Of a stretch of 64,000 nucleotides of DNA, positions 25,598 to 35,719 are shown one piece after another. How positions within the stretch are numbered: the stretch's first letter is position 1; each line of letters starts with the position of its first letter. Position numbers and translations under genes: made by a program. Source of the stretch: Acidimicrobiia bacterium (GTDB lineage Bacteria > Actinomycetota > Acidimicrobiia > Acidimicrobiales > Aldehydirespiratoraceae); assembly GCA_024421085.1 (NCBI GenBank), contig JAHQYN010000001.1:5009-69008 (forward strand), given 5' to 3'. The notes beneath the pieces were generated by a model. The model saw only the letters and a list, made by a program, of their open reading frames with translations. It searched no databases and was not told the DNA's origin.

Positions 25598-26751
25598 GCC
25601 GTCGACGCGCGCTGTGCGGTTCTAACGACACGTCGAGCGGCAAGCCTTGCAAGAACCTCAAGGATGCGTGCCCGCACGCTGGCCATCGCCGTGCTGAGGA
25701 CGGTGGGCGCACGTTGCCGGCAGGACGCGCCGCTCTCGAGTCGGCTACAGATGATGCTCGGCACCGAGAACGTGCCGCTGCTCGCCGAGCATTGACCCCG
25801 CCGACCGCGGGTTCGGGTCCGGCGGCAGACCGGGCAACGTTCAGCGCGGCCGTCCGTTCCGCCGCGGATGCTCTCGGCTTGCCCGAACGACAGGTCGTCC
25901 ACGACTATTGGCTTGTCCGTGCTTTGCATGGATTGCGGAAAGTTCTGCCCGAAGACGGCGAAGTTCTGGTGCCGGCTCAAAAGGCGAGGCATTCTGATCG
26001 CCGGGTAGGCCGCTGGGCGTTCGGTGGCGGCACATCTCTGACTGCGGCGTGGCGTGTGGCGGAGCGCTATTCCGAAGACATCGACGGGAACCTGTTTGCG
26101 GACGAGCAGATGTCACCGAGTGCGTTCGCTGCTGTTCATCGGCGTATCAGCAACGCGATGTGCGAAGCCGTCGAGGCAAACGACCACAAGACACTCGGAC
26201 GCAATGTGAGAACCACCACAGTCGACCTGGAGGGCCACCCGGGGTTCTTGAGGGTGGAGACCGCGCTGCAAGGATCTGATGACGGCCTTGTGGTGGCTCA
26301 GGAGGTGAACTCGCTCATCGCCGTTCACTCCGGCATGGATCTCACAGGCAAGTACTCGGAGGTTGGAGGGTTCCGTATTCCGTGCGTGCGTCCCGAATGG
26401 ACGGCGGTCAACAAGTTCGACGCGATGCACCGACGATCTGTTGCTGGTGATCTCGAAGGTCTGGTCGACAGAGGTCGTGACCTGTACGACCTGTGGGCAC
26501 TCGCGGGCTCCGAGCACGCGACCGTGATTCGCCAACGGACATCAGAGTTGTGGGAACGAGCGACGAGTGGGATGCGCACACCGGTGCCGCGGCCCGATGG
26601 CGGATACGGGCAGAGTCCTGCTCTCGAGTTCGGCTCAGCTGCCAACGACGCCCTCAGGGAGGGCTTCGGGAACGCAATCGCGTTGACGGTCTGGGGCCAA
26701 GCTCCCGCATTCGAGGAAGCCGTTGAGTCTGCGAGGTTGCTCGACCGCTAG
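25594..26751 (+). CDS. abiEii: AbiEii/AbiGii-family nucleotidyltransferase toxin
   Basis: WAFGGGTSLTAAWRVAERYSEDIDGNLF matches the GGTxL...RxSEDID core of AbiEii. The N-terminal ~90 aa is Arg-rich and poorly supported. Confidence 0.7.
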   Translation: MSRRRALCGSNDTSSGKPCKNLKDACPHAGHRRAEDGGRTLPAGRAALESATDDARHRERAAARRALTPPTAGSGPAADRATFSAAVRSAADALGLPERQVVHDYWLVRALHGLRKVLPEDGEVLVPAQKARHSDRRVGRWAFGGGTSLTAAWRVAERYSEDIDGNLFADEQMSPSAFAAVHRRISNAMCEAVEANDHKTLGRNVRTTTVDLEGHPGFLRVETALQGSDDGLVVAQEVNSLIAVHSGMDLTGKYSEVGGFRIPCVRPEWTAVNKFDAMHRRSVAGDLEGLVDRGRDLYDLWALAGSEHATVIRQRTSELWERATSGMRTPVPRPDGGYGQSPALEFGSAANDALREGFGNAIALTVWGQAPAFEEAVESARLLDR

Positions 26752-26829
26752 ACGCTGCCGGTCAGCCGGGTGCCTTTTCGCGACTCGAAGCATTGAAGCC
26801 CGCCCCCCTTCAATCGACCGCTCCGGGTT

Positions 26830-27381
26830 TCAGTTGTGTCGAGGATCGTGGGGGTAGTGCGCCAAATGGCGAATCGAGGACCGCTGGCGGGCGCACACTT
26901 CCCACCAGAGCTCCCCCGGGTTGGCGGTGCGGACATCGTCGGGTTCGGCGTCGACGACGAACCAGCTGCCGGTGACCAGTTCGGCCTCGAGTTGGCCTCC
27001 GGTCCAACCTGCGTAACCGGCGAACATCCTCACGCCGCCCAGTCCAGGCACCTGCTCGGGAGGCACTTCAAGGTCGACCGTCCCGATGCTGCCCAGAATC
27101 TGATTCCAGCGCTCGCCGGCTGTGGCGAGATCGAACGATGCCAGGGCGATGACCGAGGAGGGCGAGACGGGACCACCGAGGAACACGACTGCGGGTTCGG
27201 TCGCCTGTTCGGACCAACCCTCGATGGCTGTGGAGACGGGCAGTTCGCTCGGCCGGTTCAGGACCACCCCGATCGCCCCCTCCTCGTTGTGCTCGAGAAT
27301 GAACACGACAGACCGGTAGAAGTTGCGGTCAACAAGTGTCGGTGCCGCCACCAGCAGTCGTCCTCGGGTCGAATCGTGCAT
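26830..27381 (-). CDS. YqgE/AlgH-family protein (UPF0301)
   Basis: 183 aa. GRLLVAAPTLVDRNFYRSVVFILEHNEEGAIGVVLNRPS is the family signature. Confidence 0.8.
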   Translation of the reverse strand: MHDSTRGRLLVAAPTLVDRNFYRSVVFILEHNEEGAIGVVLNRPSELPVSTAIEGWSEQATEPAVVFLGGPVSPSSVIALASFDLATAGERWNQILGSIGTVDLEVPPEQVPGLGGVRMFAGYAGWTGGQLEAELVTGSWFVVDAEPDDVRTANPGELWWEVCARQRSSIRHLAHYPHDPRHN

Positions 27382-27468
27382 CGCCCCCAGTCTCGCGTGA
27401 TCCAGCGGCGTCTGTCACCCGCAAACGACGTTCATTGCGCGCTTGCGCGTTTGTCAGACGCTCGGCAT

Positions 27469-28167
27469 CTAGGGGGTGTCGGACCAGTCCTCGCCGTAGT
27501 CGAAGAGCAGTTCCTCGCCGGGGCTGACATCGCGCAGTGCATAGAGGTCCGGTCCATCGAATACGACGTTGGGGGAGCGGCTGTGGTTCAAGAAGCGCAG
27601 GTCGCCGGTGCCGTCGATCCCTTCCCATGAGCCGTCGTCACCCTCCACCCACAAGACATATCTTCCGTTGATTTTGGTGGGAGCGCCGGTATAGCGGCCA
27701 ATCAGGGAGTCCTGTCCAAGTTCCACCAGAGCGAACACACCGGTCCCGTGAACTGGTGACGGTCTGAGCTCCACGAGCCCACGGTCATCGGGTTGGATCG
27801 ACATGACCTCGGCCCGCTCGCCGACTGTGGGCGCGGGTCGGTACCTGCTGTCGGTGATCAGCGAGTGGGTGACGGCGCGCTGCGCTAGGTCCTCGAGCTC
27901 CTCGCGAAGCGGGTCTCGCAACCAGCCGTCCACCGAGGCGCCGTCTGGAAACGAGACGACCAGAACTGCGTCGGGGACCGCGGACTCTACGTCTGTGTCG
28001 GCGATCCTGCGTTCGAGGATTCCGCTGGTACGCGGCAGGAGTCCGATCAGCGCGCCGATGTACTCCTCGAAGGCTTCTGTGTCGCCACGGCTCCGGAGTC
28101 GCAGGGTCAGCTCGATGCGTCCGTCTTTGTCCACTTGTCGCACAATACTCAAGGGCCGCATCCCCAA
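27469..28167 (-). CDS. SET-domain protein (putative protein lysine methyltransferase) with an ~110-aa N-terminal domain of unknown function
   Basis: The C-terminal half has VHGTGVFA (GxG), RFLNHSRSPN (NHS) and GEELLFDYG (ELxFDY). Confidence 0.75.
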   Translation of the reverse strand: MGMRPLSIVRQVDKDGRIELTLRLRSRGDTEAFEEYIGALIGLLPRTSGILERRIADTDVESAVPDAVLVVSFPDGASVDGWLRDPLREELEDLAQRAVTHSLITDSRYRPAPTVGERAEVMSIQPDDRGLVELRPSPVHGTGVFALVELGQDSLIGRYTGAPTKINGRYVLWVEGDDGSWEGIDGTGDLRFLNHSRSPNVVFDGPDLYALRDVSPGEELLFDYGEDWSDTP

Positions 28168-28453
28168 TCGATTGGCACTCGGCGAGCGGTATTCCGCAGA
28201 GATAGCGCGTCAACTTTACATAACGATGATTTCCGGCGGTCAAGCCGAAAAGAACCGCCGCTTTCCTCGGGCAGTCGGCCACCTGTGCGGCGGTTGCACG
28301 GGTCTGCCATACCTCCGCACGCAACACATCCTCAGAAGACACCACGACACAAGGCCGACGTGCAACCAACCACCCACCGCCACCGGCCGTTGGACAATAC
28401 GGTTGGGCAGGGATCGATGCCGCGGCGAGTGCCAGCCCGTCTTTTGAAAGTGG

Positions 28454-30492
28454 TTGATAGCGAACTGGCCGATACGGTTCTTGGGCGTGGCTCGAAGGCT
28501 GGAAATCGAACTGACCTCAAATCGCTCCGACGGCAAGTGGACTTGGCGTGCCGCAGGCGCGAAGCAACCGAAGGGAACTCTCGACGGTTCGCTGCTCCCA
28601 GAAGGGACCGAGGTCGGCGATGTCTTGAAGGTGGAGGCCGACGCGACTCTCGATGGACTCGAGATCACCGCTGTGCTTCCCACCCGGTCTCCGAGAGCTG
28701 AAGTTGAGATACTGCCGCTGCTCGGTTCGGGTCGAAAGCAGCCGCTGGTCACTTCACAACTGGCACCCAAGATCCGCTCCCGGGCACGCGGCGCCGACAG
28801 GGATCGGCCCGGCACCGCGCCAACCCGCCGCAAACGCGCAGACCGCGGCGAACGGCGCAGAAACGACGACAACCGAACTTCAAGATCCGCCACGAAACAG
28901 GATCGCCGCCGCCCCGGCGAGGATGCCCGCTCCCGTGATCAGAAGCGGGCCGACCGCCCCGAGGGCCGCCCCAAGACCCGCGACAAAAACCGTGGCGGTA
29001 CCGACAAGGGGGCCTCGCGGGACCAGCAAGGCAAGCGAAACAGTCGGGCCAGCTCCCAGAGGCGGCCGAAACCACGCTCTACGCCTAGGGCTCACCGCCT
29101 TCGTCCCCGCACCAATAACCGTCGTGCCGCTCTCGCAAAATTGCCGGAGATCCAACATCCGCTCGCCGAGGAGGTTATCAAGGGAGGTGTCCCCGGTCTG
29201 CGCAAGACGATCGACCGGATGAACAAGATGGCTCAGGCCGAAGGTATCCCCAAGGTCTCCTCGGAACCGCTGGTTGCCTTGGCAGAGAAGCTGACACCTG
29301 ATTTGAACGCAGCTCTCTGGCGCGACCGGGCTGAAGCCGCCATCGCGGGAATCGACAAGGTCGACCTGCGCGACATCCGCAGCGTGGTTGTGGCCGCTGA
29401 CAGCGGTGCTCGCGACGAAGAGTCCCGTGAACTTGCAGAGCAACTGCGCGAGGGACTGTCGGCCCGGGTCGAGAACGAGCATCGATCCTGGCTCAACGAG
29501 ATCGCCGAGCATCTCGCCGATGGGCGGACAGTGCGTGCTCTGCGGCTCAGCAGTCACCCCCCGAAGGCCGGGGCCCCGCTGCCCTTCGACGTGGCGGATC
29601 GCCTGACCAGTGCGGCCTCGGAATCGTTGAGCAGTGACATCGCTCCCCAGCGCTGGGCGACGGTATTGGACGCAGTGGCCTTCTCCCCTGTCCGCTCCCA
29701 GGTGACTCCCCAGGGCTGCCCCCCCAATCCCAATGAGCAGTTGCTCACCACCGTGCGCAGGTTGGCTTCGAAAGTCCCCGACATTGCAGCCTTGTTCGGG
29801 ATAACGCCCTCGGGCCCCCCAAAACGCTCAGCGACGAAGCGGCGACCCACACCCCCTCCCCCGCCGACCCCGCCCCCCCCGCGCCCCCCCAAACCCGCTC
29901 AGCGCCGAAGCGGCGCCCCCCCCCCCCCCCCCCGCCGCCCCCGCCCCCCGCCGAGCCCGTGGCGGCCGACTTGGCGACCGCTGAACCAGCGGCCGCAGAG
30001 TCTCCAGTTGACCCCGTGGCCGAGGAGCCTTCGGTTGAACCCGTCGCCGCTGGATCCGTGACCGCTGAACCGGCGGCCGCAGAGTCTCCGGTTGACCCCG
30101 TGGCCGAGGAGCCTCCGGTTGATCCCGTGGCCGAGCAGCCGGTGGCCGCAGAGCCTTCGGTTGACTCCGTGACCGCTGAACCGGTGGCCGAGGAGCCTGC
30201 GGTTGATCCCGTGGCCGAGCAGCCGGTGGCCGTAGAGTCTCCGGTTGATCCCGGGGCCGAGGAGCCCGTGGCCGCAGAGCCTGTGGTGGTGCCGGTGGCC
30301 GTAGAGTCTCCGGTTGATCCCGTGGCCGAGCAGCCGGTGGCCGCAGAGCCTGTGGTGGTGCCGGTGGCCGTAGAGTCTCCGGTTGATCCCGGGGCCGAGG
30401 AGCCCGTGGCCGATGAGGTGGCGGTCGAGGAGGGACCCACTCCCCCGCCACCGTCCGCAGGCCTCGACCCGACCGAAAGGGTCGACAAATGA
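28454..30492 (+). CDS. Hypothetical protein with basic, helical, Pro-rich and acidic-repeat regions; the reading frame is broken at an 18-nt poly-C tract (frameshifted gene or two genes)
   Basis: Frame A (28454-30061) enters the poly-C and then gives low-quality sequence. Frame B is open through the tract, encodes PVDPVAEEP-type repeats, and ends in an ATGA overlap with the next gene at 30489-30492. One extra C, or two fewer, would fuse the frames. Confidence 0.45.
29916..29933 (+). repeat. Homopolymeric C tract, 18 nt (with additional C8 and C7 runs at 29873-29880 and 29884-29890)
   Basis: Counted directly from the sequence lines. Confidence 0.95.
29977..30425. repeat. Nested in-frame tandem repeats (84-bp period at 29977/30061; 69-bp period at 30223/30292/30361) encoding acidic PVDPVAE(E/Q)P repeats
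   Basis: Read directly. All periods are multiples of 3 in frame B. Confidence 0.85.
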
Positions 30493-31250
30493 TCGAGTTC
30501 GACATCGAGGGCCGAATCGCGGTCATCAGACTTGATCGGGTGGAGGCTCGCAACGCCATCAACCCGGCGATGGCCCAAGCAATCGAATCGGCGATCGACC
30601 GCCTCGAGGAGGATGACGACCTGTGGATCGGGATACTCGCCCACAACGGGCCGGTGTTCTGCGCGGGAGCCGATCTCAAGGAGATAGCCGCCGGCAACGG
30701 CGCGGGTCTGGGAACGAAGCGTGGAGGGTTCGGAGGGATAGTCATGCGCGAGCGGACCAAGCCTCTCATCGCCGCGGTCAACGGGCATGCTGTCGCCGGC
30801 GGCACTGAGATCGTCCTGTCCTGTGATCTGGTTGTCGCTTCAACCATCGCCAAGTTCGGGATACCGGAGGTGAAGCGCTCGCTGGTCGCAGCCGCGGGCG
30901 GTCTGGTGCGGCTGCCCCGAGTGCTCCCCCCCAACATCGCCATGGAGCTCGCGATAACGGGCGACACGCTCAGTGCCGAACGGGCGCACCACTTCGGTCT
31001 GGTGAACGAACTGTGTCCCCCGGGCGAAGTCGTCGCCACCGCCTCCGCACTCGCTGAACGGGTCGCCGCCAATGCTCCGATAGCGGTCCGTGAGAGTCGT
31101 CGCCTGATCCTCGAAGCCCCGACCCAGACTGACTCCGAAGGGATCGTCGAAGGCGGCAGGACGATCGCCGCGCTGGCTTCGACGGAGGACTTCGCGGAAG
31201 GCCCCAGGGCCTTCATCGAGAAGCGTCCCCCGGTCTGGAAGGGCCGCTGA
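30489..31250 (+). CDS. Enoyl-CoA hydratase/isomerase (crotonase family)
   Basis: 253 aa. It has FCAGADLKE and AAVNGHAVAGGTEIVLSCDLVVAS. Confidence 0.85.
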   Translation: MIEFDIEGRIAVIRLDRVEARNAINPAMAQAIESAIDRLEEDDDLWIGILAHNGPVFCAGADLKEIAAGNGAGLGTKRGGFGGIVMRERTKPLIAAVNGHAVAGGTEIVLSCDLVVASTIAKFGIPEVKRSLVAAAGGLVRLPRVLPPNIAMELAITGDTLSAERAHHFGLVNELCPPGEVVATASALAERVAANAPIAVRESRRLILEAPTQTDSEGIVEGGRTIAALASTEDFAEGPRAFIEKRPPVWKGR

Positions 31251-31312
31251 CAAACCCGTCTGCCAACGGCACCGCTGGCCACCGGCAGCGCTGCCGATGC
31301 CGCTGCCCGCCG

Positions 31313-31786
31313 TCAGTCCTGCAGTGATCGATGGACCCGCAGGGCGCGGGCGGTGAGGCCGAACGTCTCAAAGAAGTTCTTCGTCTCCCGGTCCCCGGGA
31401 AGGGCGATCGAGTCGATGCCGATGCAGCCCTGCTCGGTGCACCAGCCCTCCACGAGCCCCAGCAGCGCCTCACCGCATCCCACACCGCGGGCGTCGGGGG
31501 CGACGTAGATGTCAGTGACTTGGCCGAGGACGCTGCCATCGTGCAGTTCAACGAGATCAACCCCTGCGTAACCGACGGTCGTGCCGTCGATGCAGACGAC
31601 CGCGAGCAGTCCTGCATCCATCGTTTCGCGCAGGCTGGCATCCAAGGGTTCAGCACGGGCTTCGCGTTGGGACCAGACCGCGCCGCCGCGTCGAGGACGC
31701 AGCTCATCAATCGCTTCAGCGCACAACCGGGTGACTTCCCCCAGATCAGCCACCCCAGCCGGGCGTGCGTTGATTTCCACGGTCAC
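31313..31786 (-). CDS. GNAT-family N-acetyltransferase
   Basis: 157 aa. The acetyl-CoA binding-like segment YVAPDARGVGCGEALL (RGxGxG-like) is present. Confidence 0.7.
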   Translation of the reverse strand: MTVEINARPAGVADLGEVTRLCAEAIDELRPRRGGAVWSQREARAEPLDASLRETMDAGLLAVVCIDGTTVGYAGVDLVELHDGSVLGQVTDIYVAPDARGVGCGEALLGLVEGWCTEQGCIGIDSIALPGDRETKNFFETFGLTARALRVHRSLQD

Positions 31787-32207
31787 TCTCTCAAAGAACT
31801 GTTGGCAGCAAGCAGTTGCTTGATCCGGTTGGTGACGGTCTGGCGGTTCCGGTGGGTCTTCTCGTAGGCGAGAATCTCGGTGAGCTGAGCCTCAGACAGC
31901 GCTTCGAGTTTCGCCAAAAGCTGCGGCGCCGAGAAGGAGCCGTAGTCCTCGATCGGCAAGGAAGCGGCGTCCCCGTTCGGTCCACCCTGGTCGTCGTGGG
32001 CATCGTGGTCGTCGGGTTCATCGGCTAGCTCGTGATCAGTTGCCCGACGCTGACTCTCGGCGACCTTGCGGGCAAGTCGGGCGAGTGCTACCTGACCGCG
32101 TCCGCGGTCGGCCAGCTTGGGGATCAGGTCGCGGGCCTCCAACAGCAGGCCGATCGGCGCATAGACGAGCAGGTCGAGCAGTTGCTCGCCGAGGTTCGCC
32201 TCGTCGT

Positions 32208-32861
<654 letters not shown>

Positions 32862-32875
32862 CCTCGGGGAACGGA

Positions 32876-34495
32876 TTAACCCAGATCGCGTTCTCGGCGG
32901 CGCTTCTCCGCACGCTGTTCTGCAGAGAGGCGTCCCAAGGCCGTGTCGGTTGAATGGTCCACGAAGCGCATGGCCTCGGCCAGCGCGATATGGCCCGCCT
33001 TCTCGGCGATCTGGGTGTGCATTCGCTGGCAGATTCGACGGTACGCCTCATGTCCCTGCGGCGTGGTGCGCAACTCGAGCATGTGCATGGCCTCGCGGGC
33101 GTTGAACTGCATCGAGTAGCGGATCCGGTAGGCCAAGGCCACCGCGTAGCGGGCGCTGTCGCGATGGTCCGCGGCGAGTGCGTTGTAGAGCGACGCAGAA
33201 CGCGCCATCGCCGAGCGGTAGTCCTCGGAGACGCCAGCGGCATCGACCGCGTCCGGAACTGCGTATCCGTGGCGGGGCGACAGCGGCTGCCAGTCGATGG
33301 TGAGCATCCGATGACGCTGCAGGTCCCTGAAAGCGCCGTAGTCCGACAGGACGTCGAAGCGGTACCCGGTCCGCTCGAAGGCTCGACCGGGGCGGTGGCG
33401 GCGATTGCTGCGGTAGCCGACATAGGCCTTGATCACGTCGATCCGCTCCTCCACCGACATCTGCTGCACCCGGGCCTCGATCATCCGCTCGGAGAGCGAG
33501 GTGTGGGGATAGAGGCAGGCGGTCACGACCTTCAGTTCACCCTCGGGGTCGAAATCGACCAGGTCGACTACGTCGTCGTCGACCACTCCCCCGGTCTCGT
33601 AGCCGAATATCCGATCGCTGACCGCCTCCATGGAGTCACGGGCGTCGGTCAAGTAGCTCGTTGCCCGCACCCCGCGATCGGGCAGATCAACACGCTTGAG
33701 AAACGAGGGGATCACCTTGCGCAGTTCGGTCAGCATCAGTTCCGCGTAGGCACGTGACTCCGGCAACGGGTGGCTTCTCATTCGCAGCAGCAGGGCCTCG
33801 TATGCCTGTCCGGTGCCGTATATCCCGACATTGGACAGCGAAGCGGCCGGCAGCATGCCGCGGACCGCGTCGAGCGCACGGGCCTTGACGGCGATCCGGT
33901 AGGCGAAATCGCTGTCACCGTCTTTCTTCGGGACGACCTCGCGAAAGAAGGTCTGCATCTGCGGGATCAGTTGCGAGTAGCCCTCGAAGATCCGGTCCAT
34001 GTCTGCCACATAGCGCGTGCCGAGCGGAGAACTCATGATCTGGGGATCGCGGTAGTAGCGGTAACGCCCCCCCAATCGTTGGTCATAGGCGATGTAGCGG
34101 GTGCTCTGCTCGAGGTAGGCCATCAGGCGGCCCCATTCGAGGATCTTGGTCAAGACGTTGGAGGCCTGCTCGCAGGCGAGGTGGACGCCGCCGAGCTGGG
34201 CCACACTGTCGTCGCCGTACTCGAAGAAGACCCGGTCGTAGAGCTCTTCGGCGCGGCGCAACCCCACGGTTGCGTCGATCGTCTGGTCGCCCTCGATGTC
34301 GAGGTCTCCGACGAACTCCTGGAGGAACAACCGCCGCAGGCTCAGCGGTGAACGGGAGTACCTGGCAAAGAGCGCTCCCTTCACGACTTCGGGAAGGTTG
34401 ACCAACGCGAACACGGGCTGGTCGAGGTTCGTGAAATAGCGGCGGAGGACATCGGCCTCGTCGGCGGTGAAGTCCTCGGCGGTGTAGACCGTCAT
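32876..34495 (-). CDS. ThyX-like (flavin-dependent thymidylate synthase family) protein, long form
   Basis: ORF 32876-34564. The Met at 34495 (MTVYTAEDF) avoids overlap with the M20 gene. It has the ThyX-type RHR motif (FRDLQRHRMLT). Confidence 0.6.
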   Translation of the reverse strand: MTVYTAEDFTADEADVLRRYFTNLDQPVFALVNLPEVVKGALFARYSRSPLSLRRLFLQEFVGDLDIEGDQTIDATVGLRRAEELYDRVFFEYGDDSVAQLGGVHLACEQASNVLTKILEWGRLMAYLEQSTRYIAYDQRLGGRYRYYRDPQIMSSPLGTRYVADMDRIFEGYSQLIPQMQTFFREVVPKKDGDSDFAYRIAVKARALDAVRGMLPAASLSNVGIYGTGQAYEALLLRMRSHPLPESRAYAELMLTELRKVIPSFLKRVDLPDRGVRATSYLTDARDSMEAVSDRIFGYETGGVVDDDVVDLVDFDPEGELKVVTACLYPHTSLSERMIEARVQQMSVEERIDVIKAYVGYRSNRRHRPGRAFERTGYRFDVLSDYGAFRDLQRHRMLTIDWQPLSPRHGYAVPDAVDAAGVSEDYRSAMARSASLYNALAADHRDSARYAVALAYRIRYSMQFNAREAMHMLELRTTPQGHEAYRRICQRMHTQIAEKAGHIALAEAMRFVDHSTDTALGRLSAEQRAEKRRRERDLG

Positions 34496-34506
34496 TCGTG
34501 CGGAGC

Positions 34507-35682
34507 TTATTCGCTCGGCTTGAACGAGCCGCGGATGGCGGGCAACGCCTCGGGGTCGCCCCAACAGTCGACGATGGTCATCGCCATGTTTATTGCACCG
34601 TCGATGACTGCTCGGTCCGCCGCGTCGGAACGCGCGTGGACGGCGAACTCCGGCGTGTGGATCGCAACACCCTCGGGTGCCACCTTGATCATCGGATGGA
34701 TCGAGGGAACCGCGTGGCTGACGTTGCCCATGTCGGTGCTGCCGACGACGATTCGTTTGTCGTCCTGGGGGTCGACGACCCGGCCGTTGGCTGCTGAGTT
34801 GTTGACGTAGAGATCGAGCAGCGGCTCGCTGTCAACCATGTTGTAGAAGGGCGGGTCCTTCCAGACACTGTGCATCTCGCAGCCCGCCGCAGTCGCCCCG
34901 GCCTCGAGGCAGGCACTGAAACGCGCCTTGAGGCGTTCGAGGCTGTCGACATCGCCGGAGCGCACGTACCACTGGGCTGCCGCAGCGGACGGGACGATAT
35001 TGGGTTTCGTGCCGGCCTCGGTGAAGATGCCGTGGATGCGCTCGTCGGGTGCGATGTGCTGGCGGAGCGCCGCGACCGCGTTGTAGCCGAGCACGGCTGC
35101 GTCGAGCGCGTTGCGCCCCAGATGCGGGGCGGCGGCTGCGTGGGACGCTCTCCCGGCATAGCTGACGTCGACGGTGTGGACCGCGATCACCTCCATCTTG
35201 TTGATGTCGTGGTCTGCCGGGTGGACCATCATGGCCGCGTCGACGTCGTCGAAGGCGCCCTTGCGGATCATGAACTCCTTGCCTCCGCCGCCCTCCTCGG
35301 CCGGTGTGCCGAGAATGGCGACACGTCCGCCCAGCGCTTCGGCCACAGTGGCCGCCGCGAGTCCGGCGCCGAGCCCCGCAGCGGCGATCACATTGTGGCC
35401 GCAGGCGTGACCGATCCCGGGGAGTGCGTCGTACTCGCAGCACACCGCGATGGTCGGGCCCGAGGTTCCGACTCGGGCATCGAACGCAGTCGACATGTCG
35501 TATGCCCCGCGGTCAACTGGCAGTCCCTCGCTTTCGATGGCATCGGTCAGGACCTCGTGGGCGTGATGCTCCTCGAACCCGAGCTCCGGGTTTGCATGCA
35601 GCGAGTGCGAGATCTCCAGCAGCTTCGGAGTCAGACGCTCAACTTCGGCTCGGACCGACTTCTTCGCCTCGATGACGTCCAT
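34507..35682 (-). CDS. M20-family amidohydrolase/peptidase (M20D-like)
   Basis: 391 aa. It has HACGHNVIAAAGLGAG and GTPAEEGGGGKEFM. Confidence 0.8.
   Translation of the reverse strand: MDVIEAKKSVRAEVERLTPKLLEISHSLHANPELGFEEHHAHEVLTDAIESEGLPVDRGAYDMSTAFDARVGTSGPTIAVCCEYDALPGIGHACGHNVIAAAGLGAGLAAATVAEALGGRVAILGTPAEEGGGGKEFMIRKGAFDDVDAAMMVHPADHDINKMEVIAVHTVDVSYAGRASHAAAAPHLGRNALDAAVLGYNAVAALRQHIAPDERIHGIFTEAGTKPNIVPSAAAAQWYVRSGDVDSLERLKARFSACLEAGATAAGCEMHSVWKDPPFYNMVDSEPLLDLYVNNSAANGRVVDPQDDKRIVVGSTDMGNVSHAVPSIHPMIKVAPEGVAIHTPEFAVHARSDAADRAVIDGAINMAMTIVDCWGDPEALPAIRGSFKPSE
35245..35547. repeat. Left copy of a 303-bp direct repeat (partner 38031-38333, about 98% identical) bracketing the m5C R-M island
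   Basis: Hand alignment finds about 7 mismatches over 303 bp. This left copy lies inside the intact M20 gene (about codons 45-146). Confidence 0.9.
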
Positions 35683-35719
35683 CCGCCGATTCTAGGACCA
35701 CGCTGTCGGTGCCGGGTGT

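Noticed and set aside
28168-28453. 286-bp intergenic region with a GC-rich stem (cggcggt...accgccg), considered as an sRNA, riboswitch or terminator.
   Set aside because: There is no upstream co-directional gene to terminate and no recognisable riboswitch consensus. The hairpin has a 13-nt loop and a weak U-tract.
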